64,000 bases of DNA from Octopus sinensis (taxonomy: Eukaryota), in NCBI RefSeq assembly GCF_006345805.1, contig NC_043022.1, forward strand, positions 3,100,001-3,164,000. Direction: 5' to 3'. Below, piece by piece: positions 1 to 12,269 of the stretch. The notes beneath the pieces are model-generated. The model saw only the letters and a program-made list of their open reading frames with translations, had not been told where the DNA came from and ran no database searches. A program made the translations under genes and the position numbers. Each line of letters opens with the position of its first letter. The first letter of the stretch is position 1.

Positions 1-401
1 GTAGAAGACACTTGCCCAAGGTGCCATGCAGTGGGACTGAACCCGCAACCATGTGGTTGGTTAGCAAGCTACTTACCACACAGCCACTCCTGCGCCTATG
101 TATGTATATACATGTATATTGGTGGTGGCAGCATTTTATCGTGTGTCTGATAATTTAATTGGTTTCTTCTTGGCCGTGACGATGTATGTATGTGTACAGG
201 TATTATGATGAAGGTTGCCAAATAAAAATTTCAGTTTAATGTCAAACCTCATTGATAGGAAGAAGACTTGTCTTTATTTTCGTGTTAAATACACACAGGC
301 CAGTCAGATCCCCTAACTTCAGCTGAGTTTCTGTGCTTCTTTATCCCATATCAGAAGACTTGGTCTGCTGGAAGCTTACCAGCACATTACACACACTTGT
401 G

Positions 402-435
<34 letters not shown>

Positions 436-470
436 CACATATGCGCTCTCAGGTGTATATATGTGAAGCT

Positions 471-695
471 GGCGGCGAGCTGGCAGAAACGTTAGCATGC
501 CGGGCGAAATGCGTAGCCGTATTTCGTCTGCCGTTACGTTCCGAGTTCAAATTCCGCCAAGGTCGACTTTGCCTTTCATCCTTCCGGGGGTCAATAAATT
601 AAGTACCAGTTACGCACTGGGGTCGATGTAATCGACTTAATCCCTTTGTCCTTGTTTGTCTCCTCTGTGTTTAGCCCCTTGTGGGTAGTAAAGAA
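471..695 (+). mobile_element. tRNA-derived SINE, family B
   Basis: Head GGCGGCGAGCTGGCAGAA with B-box GAGTTCAAATTCC; body GGTCGACTTTGCCTTTCATCC; tail GTGGGTAGTAAAGAA; more than 15 related copies or fragments in the window. Confidence 0.85.
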
Positions 696-1030
696 CGGCA
701 GTAAAAGATATTAATAGTGTGGAAGGCCCGGGACCTGCGACCAAACATGTGCTACAAAACTGGTTCAGATGTTTCCAAGAAGGGGACACCAACCTCAGAG
801 GAAAACCAAGGTCAGGAAAATCTTCTATTGTGGAAGTTGAGGTCTTGCTTGAAACGGGTGAATAACAGCCACACGCAAGCACTCGGATGCTGGTGGCAGA
901 ACTTGGTCCTTCACAAAGAACCAACAATCGAGACCTCCATAAGCCCGGCCTTGTGAACAGACGCTGGTTTGAAGCTCCCCGTGAACTGGACAATGACCAG
1001 GCTCAACAACACTCTACTCTCTCTCTCTCT

Positions 1031-1234
1031 CTTTTACTCTTTTACTTGTTTCAGTCATTTCACTGCGGCCATGCTGGAGCACCACCTTTAGTTGAGCAAA
1101 TCAACCCCGGGACTTATTCTTTGTAAGCCCAGTACTTATTCTATCGGTCTCTTTTGCCGAACCGCTAAGTGACGGGGACGTAAACACACCAGCATCAGTT
1201 GTCAAGCAATGCTAGGGGGACAAACACAGACACA

Positions 1235-1300
<66 letters not shown>

Positions 1301-1461
1301 CGACAGGCTTCTTTCAGTTTCCGTCTACCAAATCCACTCACAAGGCATTGGTTGGCCCGGGGCTATAGTAGAAGACACTTGCCCAAGATGCCATGCAGTG
1401 GGACTGAACCTGGAACCATGTGGTTGGTAAGCAAGCTACTTACCACACAGCCACTCCTGCG
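1031..1461 (-). mobile_element. tRNA-derived SINE, family A (internal (TA)n/(TG)n linker)
   Basis: Minus-strand head with A-box TGGCTGTGTGG and B-box GGTTCAGTCC; tail GACTGAAACAAGTAAAAGAG; about 25 copies or fragments in the window (a partial head also at 1-97). Confidence 0.9.
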
Positions 1462-1474
1462 TGAACATTCATAA

Positions 1475-1763
1475 ACAACAACTGGCAAATCCTTGTGGTG
1501 TTCGTTTCTTGGCATCGAATTGTAACTGGGGATGAAAAAAGGGATCTATTTTCGTAATCCTAAGAGAAATCAGTGGTTTCTTTCCGGCTGGGCTTCAGAA
1601 GCCGTTATCAAACAAGGGCGGTTTGAACAGAAAGCCATGTTGTGTGTTTGGTGGAATTTCGAGGGAGTGCTGTACCTTGAGCTTGACCCAGAGGGTCATG
1701 CTGAGAACCCTAACCTTCATATTCAACAACTGCAGTGCGTATATGATGGTTTAAAAAAAAAAT
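1475..1763 (+). pseudogene. Mariner transposase fragment (left part of a split element)
   Basis: ...KKGIYFRNPKRNQW...KAMLCVWWNFEGVLYLEL...QQLQCVYDGLKKKY, typical of the mariner DD34D catalytic region. Confidence 0.85.
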
Positions 1764-1764
1764 A

Positions 1765-3345
1765 TTAATAATGAAATTATTGTATACAGTGCTCAGGTGC
1801 ACCACAACTTGTCAGACAGAGCGTATAAAGCACATGCAGTAATGTACAAATGTCTGGAAAGTGAACAATGTATGAGTCAGATACATGCTTGTGTGTGTAT
1901 GGAGGGGAGAAAATCAGGTGTAGTGTTGGCGAAGTTTTGAAGGATGCAGTGCTCCAACAACCAACAACTGATGCCGGCAGTTTGTTCCATGCTTCAGCAA
2001 CTCTCAGCGTGAAAAAATGTTTCCTGAAGTCATGGGAGCTGTGCTGTTTTTTGACTTTGTAAACATGTCCACGGGTGTTAGACAGACGGACTCAGGAAGC
2101 ATGGAAGTTTTGAAGGATGCAGTGCTCCGACAACTAACAACTGATGCCGGCAGTTTGTTCCATGCTTCAGCAACTCTCAGCATGAAAAAATGTTTCCTGA
2201 AGTCATGGGAGCTGTGCTGTTTTTTGACTTTGTAAACATGTCCACGGGTGTTAGACAGACGGACTCAGGAAGCATGGAAGTTTTGAAGGATGCAGTGCTC
2301 CGACAACTAACAACTGATGCCGGCAGTTTGTTCCATGCTTCAGCAACTCTCAGCATGAAAAAATGTTTCCTGAAGTCATGGGAGCTGTGCTGTTTTTTGA
2401 CTTTGTAAACATGTCCACAGGTGTTAGACAGACGGACTCAGGAAGCATGGAAGTTTTGAAGGATGCAGTGCTCCGACAACCAACAACTGATGCTGGCAGT
2501 TTGTTCCATGCTTCAGCAACTCTCAGCGTGAAAAAATGTTTCCTGAAGTCATGGGAGCTGTGCTGTTTTCTGACTTTGTAAACATGTCCACGGGTGTTAG
2601 ACAGACGGACTCAGGAAGCATGGAAGTTTTGAAGGATGCAGTGCTCCGACAACTAACAACTGATGCCGGCAGTTTGTTCCATGCTTCAGCAACTCTCAGC
2701 GTGAAAAAATGTTTCCTGAAGTCATGGGATCTGTGCTGTTTTCTGACTTTGTAAACATGTCCACAGGTGTTAGACAGACGGACTCAGGAAGCATGGAAGT
2801 TTTGAAGGATGCAGTGCTCCGACAACCAACAACTGATGCCGGCAGTTTGTTCCATGCTTCAGCAACTCTCAGCGTGAAAAAATGTTTCCTGAAGTCATGG
2901 GAGCTGTGCTGTTTTTTGACTTTGTAAACATGTCCACGGGTGTTAGACAGACGGACTCAGGAAGCATGGAAGTTTTGAAGGATGCAGTGCTCCGACAACC
3001 AACAACTGATGCCGGCAGTTTGTTCCATGCTTCAGCAACTCTCAGCGTGAAAAAATGTTTCCTGAAGTCATGGGAGCTGTGCTGTTTTTTGACTTTGTAA
3101 ACATGTCCACGGGTGTTAGACAGACAGACTCAGGAAGCATGGAAGTTTTGAAGGATGCAGTGCTCCGACAACTAACAACTGATGCCAGCAGTTTGTTCCA
3201 TGCTTCAGCAACTCTCAGCGTGAAAAAATGTTTCCTAAAGTCATGGGAGCTGTGCTGTTTTCTGACTTTGTAAACATGTCCACGGGTGTTAGACGGGTGG
3301 AGTTTGAAAAGGTGCTCAGAGTTATTGTTGGTACGATGGTTGATT
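1765..3345 (-). mobile_element. 5'-truncated CR1-clade LINE 3' end containing a 173-bp tandem array
   Basis: Minus-strand peptide TRGHVYKVRKQHSSHDFRKHFFTLRVAEAWNKL (CR1 ORF2 C-terminus); 3' UTR ends in (ATT)n. Confidence 0.85.
1931..3294. repeat. Tandem array, 173-bp unit, 8 copies (last partial)
   Basis: Unit starts GAAGTTTTGAAGGATGCAG at 1931, 2104 ... 3142; the ORF track repeats every 173 nt (2017 to 3228). Confidence 0.97.
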
Positions 3346-3349
3346 TGAA

Positions 3350-3584
3350 AGCCTACTACTTGGTATTGGTCAATAGAAGACATACACTCCTACAGCAAGA
3401 CAACGCCCCAGCATACATTGCCGACGGGACCAAATGCAAACTTGATGGGCTTGATGGGCTGGAAGTGCTGCCTCACCCTGCTTACAGGTCAGGCCTTGTA
3501 CAATCATATTACATGTTCCAGGTTGTAGCTCATATCCTGCACAGATGGAGATTCAACAATGTGAAAGAGGTTGAGAAAAGGTGA
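3350..3584 (+). pseudogene. Mariner transposase fragment (right part)
   Basis: LVNRRHTLLQQDNAPAY...LEVLPHPAYRSGLVQSYYMF (decayed HDNA and YSPDL motifs); continues the 1475-1763 fragment. Confidence 0.8.
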
Positions 3585-4005
3585 CATAACTACAAGGGAA
3601 ATAATTAGCCTAGAGTAAACCCTTGTACTTTGCATTTGTTGATCTGGAGAAGGACTCTGCAGGGTCTCTCGCTCAATGATGTGGTGGTCACTAAAGAAGC
3701 TAGAAGTAGACTAGTGGTTTCTGAGAGCCTTACAAGCCACATACAGAGGTGCTGTCAGTAAGGTAAGAATTAGTAATGAATGCAGAAATAAATCCAGTAT
3801 GCTGGTAGGGGTTCACTAAGGCCCTTCTATTTATTGTAGTCCTCCAGACCATAGCAGAAGAATTTTAAGGCCTGTGGGGATTCCGAAATGCTGAGGGTCT
3901 TGTTGTAGCTGAACCTGCAGAGAAGAATCAGAAAAGAAATTTCAAGTGTGGAAGTAAAACTGGGAATCAAAGGGCCTTAAAATAAATTTAGCCAACACTG
4001 ATTGG
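3585..4005 (+). pseudogene. RTE-clade LINE reverse transcriptase fragment
   Basis: Decayed SKPLYFAFVDLEK...WWSLKKL...YRGAVSKVRI...GVHxG...WKxKLESKGLKINLANT with stops and frameshifts. Confidence 0.75.
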
Positions 4006-4009
4006 CTTT

Positions 4010-4262
4010 CATGCCAGTGGCACGTAAAAAGCATGATCCAAATGTGGTCGATACCAATGCCCCCTGAATGGCTCCTGTGCTGGTGGCATGTAAAAAGCAC
4101 CCACTACACTCTGAGTGATTGATGTTAGGAAGGGCATCCAGCTGTAGAAACATTGCCAGATCAGATTGGAGCCTGGTGCAGCCTCCTGGTTTGCCAGTCC
4201 TCAGTCAAACTGTCCAACCCATGCCAGCATGGAAAACGGACGTTAAACAATGATGATGATGA
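4010..4262 (+). mobile_element. Family D repeat (RTE-associated 3' end) with (GAT)n tail
   Basis: GTTAGGAAGGGCATCCAGCTGTAGAAA...GCATGGAAAACGGACGTTAAA(TGA)n directly after the RTE RT fragment; other copies at 8436-8615, 10385-10503, 10890-11192, 58510-58845 (-). Confidence 0.7.
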
Positions 4263-4569
4263 CTGAAGTATCAAAAACTAAGAAAAAAAACAGGATGCTG
4301 CTTCCATCATAGATATGGTCGTGCTTAATGTTGAAAAGGAATAAGTAGGAATTTTTAGATCTGGTGCGGATATTAAAAAGGTTGAGAACCGCTGCTGTCG
4401 AGACACAAGAAGCGCAGAGGTAACACGGATTAACAGAGAAAGTTGACTTTATATGTAACAGATGTTCACGATCAATAAGGATTAAGAGCGCATGAAAAAT
4501 ATATTTTTTTTCAAATGGCCAGGAATATCCCTAGGGGTAGTGAATAGCTTTTGCTACCACGGTAACAGT

Positions 4570-4778
4570 TACTCTTTTACTTGTTCCAGTCATTTGACTG
4601 TGGCCATGCTGGAGCACCGCTTTTAGTTGAGCAAATCGACCCCAGAACTTATTCCTTGTAAGCCTAGTACTTATTCTATCGGTGTCTTTTGCCGAACTGC
4701 TAAGTTACGGGGACGTAAACACACCAGCATCGGTTGTCAAGCGATGTTGGGGGGACAATCACAGACACACAAACATAT

Positions 4779-4809
<31 letters not shown>

Positions 4810-4927
4810 CACATATACGACAGGCTTCTTTCAGTTTCAATCTACCAAATCCACTCACAAGGCTATAGTAAAAGACACTTGCCCAAGGTGCCACGCAGTG
4901 GGACTGAACCCGAAACCATGTGGTTGG
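4570..4927 (-). mobile_element. SINE family A, head-truncated
   Basis: Same body and tail as 1031-1461. Confidence 0.85.
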
Positions 4928-4974
4928 TATTGAGTATTTCCTGAATATATAGTAACCAGAATATAAATAATATA

Positions 4975-5955
4975 ATAATATAATTATTGTATAGTGCTCA
5001 GGTGCACCACAACTTGTCAAAAGTGTGTATAAAGCATATGCAGTAATGTAGAAATGTCTGGAAAGTGGACAGTGTATGAGTCAGATACATGCTTGTGTGT
5101 GTATGGAGGGGAGAAAATCAGGTGTAGTGTTGGCAAATCTCAGGAAGCATGGAAGTTTTGAAGGATGCAGTGCTCCGACAACTAACAACTGATGCCGGCA
5201 GTTTGTTCCATGCTTCAGCAACTCTCAGCATGAAAAAATGTTTCCTGAAGTCATGGGAGCTGTGCTGTTTTTTGACTTTGTAAACATGTCCACGGGTGTT
5301 AGACAGACGGACTCAGGAAGCATGGAAGTTTTGAAGGATGCAGTGCTCCGACAACCAACAACTGATGCTGGCAGTTTGTTCCATGCTTCAGCAACTCTCA
5401 GTGGGAAAAAATGTTTCCTGAAGTCATGGGAGCTGTGCTGTTTCCTGACTTTGTAAATATGTAAACAGGCGCAGGAGTGGCTGTGTGGTAAGTAGCTTGC
5501 TTATGAACCACATGGTTCTGGGTTCAGTCCCACTGCGTGGCACCTTGGGCAAGTGTCTTCTACTATAGCCTCGGGCCGACCAATGCCTTGTGAGTGGATT
5601 TGGTAGACGGAAACTGAAAGAAGCCCGTCGTATATATGTATATATATGTATGTGTGTGTTTGTGTGTCTGTGTTTGTCCCCCTAGCATTGCTTCACAACC
5701 GATGCTGGTGTGTTTACGTCCCCGTCACTTAGCGGTTCGGCAAAAGAGACCGATAGAATAAGTACTGGGCTTACAAAAAGAATAAGTCTCGGCGGGGTCG
5801 AGTTGCTCGATTAAAGGCGGTGCTCCAGCATGGCCGCAGTGAAATGACTGAAACAAGTAAAAGAGAGAGTATGTCCAGATGAAGTTTGAAAAGGTGCTCA
5901 GAGTTATTGTTTGTAAGATGGTTAATAATTTTATGGGTGTCTGTCAAGTCAGCTG
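4975..5955 (-). mobile_element. Second CR1 3' end with 2 copies of the 173-bp unit, split by a SINE A (5467-5870)
   Basis: Same 3' UTR and same unit junction TTAGACAGACGGACTCAGG as the 1931 array; CR1 sequence resumes at ~5872. Confidence 0.85.
5467..5870 (+). mobile_element. SINE family A, full length
   Basis: AGGCGCAGGAGTGGCTGTGTGG ... GAAACAAGTAAAAGAG. Confidence 0.9.
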
Positions 5956-6362
5956 CCAGTTACTTCTGTTCGTAACAAAAAGTTTCTCTATCGCAGTGAA
6001 AGATAGATTGTATGATGCTTACTTACGAGCTGCAGTCCTACATAGGAGTAAAACGTGGGTCCCGAATGCAGAAGAGATTCGAAGACTGCAGAGGGAAGAC
6101 ACGAGTGTGCCCCGTTGGATGCGCAACGTAAGGGTGCATGAACGACGAAGTACAAACTTGGTGTGAGAAACACTTCGGCTTGAGAGGAATCAAATGTAAT
6201 GTGTAAGGGGGAAGACTGTCGGGATGAGGATGCGATGTTTTATGGGTAAAGACAGCTGAATTGTTGATCGCTAAATGTAGATGGAGGTTGCGGAAGAGAG
6301 AGAGACCCAGGAAGACGTGGGACGAAGTAGGGAAGGTTGATTAAACTTTCAGAAATTTTCGG
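5955..6362 (+). pseudogene. RTE-clade LINE ORF2 C-terminal fragment
   Basis: VKDRLYDAYLRAAVLHRSKTW...RRLQREDTSVPRWMRNVRVH resembles RTE KGRLYxACVRxAMLHGSETW...LRWMCNV. Confidence 0.75.
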
Positions 6363-6790
6363 GGTCAATAAAAATGTAAACGAGGGACTAGGCTTAAAAT
6401 GTACGTTAACTTTGGAATAAATAAATAAATAATTCTTGAGAATAAAAAGAAAAAATATATTATGTCACGATAAAATGAATGCTTGAGGATTTTGTCTCTT
6501 GGAGTGAATGGAGATGAAAAGGCACGATCGAAGATTGGAATTTCAAGTGAAGACCTCACCAATGCAAGAGGAACGATGATAGGGGAGAAAGATTCGTTAA
6601 ATAGATCCACCGTAGGCTGATGATAGGAAAATCAATGATTCTATAAACCAGATTTCATATTTAAAACCATTCATGTTCACCGACCTTTGTAGATAAGGTT
6701 GCTAGAGTAGTCTCCCTTGACACTATCTGAATGAGGATTGATTCAAACGGGAAACTTCGTTCTAAGGCAGAATGGTTACTGCGACGGAAG

Positions 6791-7075
6791 AATTGTTACT
6801 AGCCGAGGTCGACTTTGCCTTTCATCCTTTCGGGGTCGATTAAATAAGTACCAGTTATGCACTGGGGTCGATTTAATCCATGTGTCTGTCCTTGTTTGTC
6901 CCCTCTGTGGGTAGTAAAGAAATAGGTTACTGCGACGGAAAAAAAGTGCTTAGTAACTTTTATTCCGACTTTGCCTTTCATCCTTTCGGGGTCGATAAAA
7001 TTAGCACTGGGGTCGATGATTCGATGAATCCCCCCCTCCCCTGAAATTGTTTGGCCTTTTGCTAAAATTTGAAAA
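6791..7075 (+). mobile_element. Two 5'-truncated SINE B/B2 copies
   Basis: B body twice; first copy flanked by a 16-bp duplication GGTTACTGCGACGGAA (6774-6789 and 6925-6940). Confidence 0.8.
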
Positions 7076-7104
7076 TTTTTTATTTATTTATTGATTTAAT
7101 GGTA

Positions 7105-7506
7105 TACTCTTTTACTTGTTTCAGTCATTTGACTGCGGCCATGCTGGAGCACCGCCTTTAGTCGAGCGTATCGACCCCGGGACTTATTCTTTGTAAGCCC
7201 AGTACTTATTCTATCGAACTCTTTTTGCCGGACCGCTAAGTGACGGGGACGTAAACACACCAGCATCGGTTGTCAAGCAATGCTAGGGGGACAAACACAG
7301 ACATACACACACACATACACACACACACATATATATAGATACATATATACGACAGGCTTGTTTCAGTTTCCGTCTACCAAATCCACTCACAAGGCATTGG
7401 TCGGCCCGAGGCTATAGCAGAAGACACTTGCCCAAGATGCCACGCAGTGGGACTGAACCCTGAACCATGTGGTTGGTAAGCAAGCTACTTACCACACAGC
7501 CACTCT
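7105..7506 (-). mobile_element. SINE family A
   Basis: Near full-length match to other A copies. Confidence 0.9.
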
Positions 7507-8194
7507 GGAACAGAAAGGGTCATGACCTTTTTTTCAAACAGGGACTTAAAAATTGGAATAAGGGAGGACGTTATCTTTAGACACAAAACCAGACTAAATG
7601 CTTTGCAACAGAGCAGACATAACTAAAGACTCTAGGTCAGCGGCTCCCAGGGCCGCATGGTTTCAAATCTTAGCACAAGGCCAGCAATTTTGTGGGAGGG
7701 GATAAGTCGTATACATCGACCCCAGTGCTCAACTGGTACTTATTTTATCGAGCCCGAAAGGCAAAATCGACCCTGGTGGTATTTGAACTCAAGCATCCCT
7801 CCAGCCGCCCCTTTCTTTAATTGACTTGTGTTTTACTTTGTTTTTTTTGGTGTGGCCCCCTAAAAAAAATTCAGCTTTTGGGTCTAGCCCAGATATTAAA
7901 AAGGTTGGGAACCCCAGCTCTTGGTGGTAGTGGCAGTGGTGTTAAACTGGGCGATGGATTAAAGCCTCTTACTATCAGGAACGGTCTGTTGTTTCCAGAA
8001 ATGGCCTTCCCGTTTACTAAATTTCAATGATAAAGTTTTGGTTGATACAAGTACTTGTCCAGGGTGCTTTGCAGTGGGATCGTACCAGGAAACCTCTAGG
8101 TTGCGATATCACTGCCTTTTAACCACACAGCCATGGCATTCCAAATGTATTTTAAGAAAACATTTAAACTACAAAAAAATAATGGTAATTTTCT

Positions 8195-8790
8195 TTTTCC
8201 TTTTACTTGTTTCAGTCATTTGACTGCGGCCATGCTGGAGCACCGCCTTTAATCAAGCAACTTGACCCCAGGACTTTTTCTTTTGTAAGCCCAGTACTTA
8301 TTCTATCGGTCTCTTTTGCCGAACTGCTAAGTAACGAGGACATAAACACACCAGCATCAGTTGTCAAGCGATACTAGGGGGACAAACACAGACACACAAA
8401 CACACACACGCATATATATACATATATATACTGTGCAGGTGGCACGTAAAAAGCACCCCCTACACTCACGGAGTGGTTGGTGTTAGGAAGGGCATCCAGC
8501 TGTAGAAACATTGCCAGATAAGACTGGAGCCTGGTGCAGCCTTCTGGCTTCCCAGATCCCCGGTCGAACTGTCCAACCCATGCTAGCATGGAGAACGGAC
8601 GTTAATCGATGATGATACATATATACGACGGGCTTCTTTCAGTTTCCGTCTACCAAATCCACTCACAAGGCTTTGGTCAGGCCCGGGGCTATAGCAGAAG
8701 ACACTTGCCCAAGGTGCCACGCAGTGGGACTGAACCCGGAACCATGTGGTTGGTAAACAAGCTACTTACCACACAGCCACTCCTGCGCCT
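8195..8790 (-). mobile_element. SINE family A with a family D copy (8436-8615) nested in its microsatellite linker
   Basis: A tail half, then D in the opposite orientation, then A head half. Confidence 0.85.
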
Positions 8791-9014
8791 ATGTAATGTT
8801 TACTTTTATGAAAAAGCATCTGCAGAACATTGTGGAAATGATAGTCGAGAGAAGGTCCTTTTTAAGAACTTCAGACTAGCATCGGCTGCCACTTTTGAGA
8901 AGTGGGCTGCATGAGAGATGACTCATCATCTACTTAAAAATTCTTGGTAATTTTTTGTAAGGCATGCCATTCAGAAAGTCCTGTGGGTTGCAGTTTGACC
9001 GTGACTGTCTTTAA

Positions 9015-9396
9015 CCCTTTCGTTACTGTATTTATTTTGAGATGTTCTGTGTTTCTTTCAATTACTTTAAATATAACAAAGAATTTAGTAAAATACCTTA
9101 CTTATTTAACCCTTTAGTGTTCAGATTACTCATAGCTTTGAGGTTTCAATGATGTGATTGTATATTTTTTGAATGTCAATGTAGGTTAGGTTTGAGGGGC
9201 TAGATATTCCCAGTTTGATTATAAAACATATAGAATATTTGGGCCAGATATGGCCGGTTTAAGCACTAAAGGGTTAATGTTAGGAACATAAATTGTGACT
9301 AAGGTTTGGTGGAAGATTTTAATTCAAAAGTTATGAAAACAAGACATTTGTACTACAGATCCAGAGCCAGTTTCAGCCGGGTTGGTAACGAAAGGG
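9015..9396. mobile_element. piggyBac-type MITE (outer)
   Basis: TTAA|CCCTTTCGTTAC ... GTAACGAAAGGG|TTAT (right TSD with one change). Confidence 0.75.
9110..9273. mobile_element. piggyBac-type MITE nested in the outer MITE
   Basis: TTAA|CCCTTTAGTG ... CACTAAAGGG|TTAA; perfect 10-bp TIRs and TTAA TSD. Confidence 0.8.
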
Positions 9397-10049
9397 TTAT
9401 GACATAAAATTAGTTTCTAAAAAAAAAAAAAGAAAAGTTCCCTTTTTTATTTCCTTGTATGAACACTTCATTATTTTGGATGGATCTTGGCTTTTTTAAC
9501 TTTTAAGTTTCCTCTTATTTTATTTCTTAATTTTATAGGATTCCCAAATTCATGAAAAGGAAAATTCACAATAACAAGAGTTGCCATCCGAAACGACATC
9601 TCTTCTTCATTTAACTTTTATTTTTTCCTGAGAAAAATGAAACCTAAGAAAAAAAAGGTCCTCAAATCTAACCTAAACACTCTGTAAGTGACCTTCAAAG
9701 TTTCACATAAATTGATGTTCCAAAGTTATTTTACTAAATTCTTCATTTTTTTGAAAAATTCGTTTGTTGAAGAAAAGCAATGAGTTTCAACAGAAATATG
9801 GTAACAAAAGGTTTAAAGTGATTGAAATGAAAACCTTCCTTCAAAATTTCAGGTTAATTTGTTCCAAACACTAAATTAATAAGTTATTTTACTAAATTAT
9901 TTTATCAAACATATTTTACTAAATTGTTATTTTACTAAACTGCTTATCAAAAAAAAAATATATATATATATATCAAGTCTGTTTTTTTTATATTTCCTGG
10001 GTGGTTTGATTGAAAACTAGTAAACTGGGGAACTGCACCAGAAACACCC

Positions 10050-10383
10050 GTGGACATATTTACAAAGCCAGAAAACAGCACAGCTCCCATGACTTCAGGA
10101 AACATTTTTTCACGCTGGGAGTTGCTGAAGCATGAAACAAACTGCCGGCATCAGTTGTTGGTTGTCGGATCACTGCATCCTTCAAAACTTCCATGCTTCC
10201 TGAGATTCGCCAACACTACACCTGATTTTCTCCTCCCCTCCATACACACACAGGCATGTATCTGACTCATACACTGTTCGCTTCCCAGACATTTCTACAT
10301 TACTGCATGTGCTTTATATGCACTGTCTGACAAGTTGTGGTGCACCTGAGCACTATACAATAATTTCATTATTATTATTATTA
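10050..10383 (+). mobile_element. CR1 3' end (one unit, no internal tandem)
   Basis: Sense copy of the CR1 3' region ending CAATAATTTC(ATT)n. Confidence 0.85.
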
Positions 10384-11971
10384 TAAACCATGTCGAATCA
10401 GATTGAAACCTGGTGCAGTTCCTCCCAGCTTATCAGTTTTTCTATCCGTCCAACTCATACCAGCATGGAAAACGGATGTTAAATGATGATGATGATGATG
10501 ATGATTCACTTCCCTGCTGTTCATAACAATACTAGTTTACTAATTCTAATAGTTGTTTTTTTTACTACTCATACATGAAATGTTGCTTTATGAATTTTCT
10601 GTTACATCTAAATAAAGAAATACATTTGAAATAAAAACACAAAAACAACAACACAAACTAAAAAGAATTATATCATTCTTTTCAATTTTTATTTATTTTT
10701 GGTCTCATAAAACAAAGTACATATTACTTTGCATGTGTTCGTATAAAACATTATATTCATTTACTTTCGCTTGTATCTATATACATTAAATATGGTAAAT
10801 ACAGCATCATACAAATTGTGTGTAAGCTTTCATGACTGCATGATGTATGGCAGGAGTTACCATCAATGATATAATTAATTATTCAATTAGGTGGCACGTA
10901 AGCGAACCATCCAAACGTGGCCATTGCCAGCCTCGCCTGGCCCCCGTGCCAGTGGCACGTAAAAAGCACCATCTGACCGTGGCCGTTTCCCAGCCCCGTC
11001 TGGCACGTAAAAAGCACCCGTGGATTTAGTAGCCAGAAACTTGCGGAGTGGTTGGCGTTCGGAAGGGCATCCAGCCGTAGAAACACTGCCAGATCAGACT
11101 GGGCCTGGTGCAGCCTTCTGGCTTCACAGACCCCAGTTGAACCGTCCAACCCATGCTAGCATGGAAAGCGGACGCTAAATGATGATGATGATGATATATA
11201 CATACATATATATATATGTATGTATGTACGTAAAATATGCAAAACACTGAAACAGCTGATGCCATACTCAACTTGCTCTCCCTCTCAATACACATCCTAC
11301 TCCAATATTCATGAAAAATAACGGTAACACAATCTCAACGAAAGTCAAAGCTACCTCACACATTTAGGAATTTAGATATCTAATCAGGTGAAATATCCTG
11401 CCGAAAGTTCCAAGATGTACAACTAATGTAGAAGATCAACAAAAAGGTGTCTCTGGAGAATGTTCTACATAGGAAATATGTGGTTGGTAGGGGTTGTGTG
11501 TTTGTAATGTGGTAATTTGGAAATTGTTGATTAACTGGATAATTATCTGATTAATGAATAGACAAAACCTTTTCCCAGGTGTGTAGAAAATGGGAAAACA
11601 GCGAGTGAGAGAGATAACATGAATTGAAATGGTGTGTATGTGTGTGTCTGTATGTGTTGTGTGTGGGTATTTGTGTATATGTATATACATGTATATATTT
11701 GCGTGTATATATATATTTATATATTAGGGTTAGGGTTTTATATATATATATATATATACATATATATTAGGCATTTTATTGCCATTGATCTTAAACAGTG
11801 TGTGTATGTATATGTGGGTGAATATATATGTCTGTATATATGTATATGTGTGTGTATGTACATGTGTGTGTGTATATATGTATATGTGTGTATATATGTG
11901 TATATTATATATATAATGTGTATATTATATATATATAATGTGTATATTATATATATATATAATATAATGTG

Positions 11972-12156
11972 TAGCCGTATTTCGTCTGCCGTTAAGTGTT
12001 CTGAGTTCAAATTCCGCCGAGGTCGACTTTGCCTTTCATCCTTTCGGGGTTGATAAATTAAGTACCAGTTACGCACTGGGGTCGATGTGATCGATTTAAT
12101 CCTTTTGTCTGTCCTTGTTTGTCCCCTCTGTGTTTAGCCCCTTGTGGGTAGTAAAG

Positions 12157-12160
<4 letters not shown>
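11972..12160 (+). mobile_element. SINE family B, 5'-truncated, embedded in (TA)n
   Basis: B body and tail. Confidence 0.85.
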
Positions 12161-12197
<37 letters not shown>

Positions 12198-12269
12198 TAT
12201 ATATTATAGATGTATTTATGAATGTAAATAAATGTGTATACTTGTATGTAGGTAAGTTACCAATATTTT

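Noticed and set aside
2017-3273. Eight repeated 72-aa ORFs (MFPEVMGAV...) that look like a peptide gene cluster or CRISPR-like array
   Set aside because: They are the antisense reading of a tandemly duplicated CR1 fragment; units are contiguous with no unique spacers.
5467-5550. tRNA-like sequences with A and B boxes (also heads of B, C and E)
   Set aside because: They are SINE heads attached to repeat bodies; no complete cloverleaf was found.
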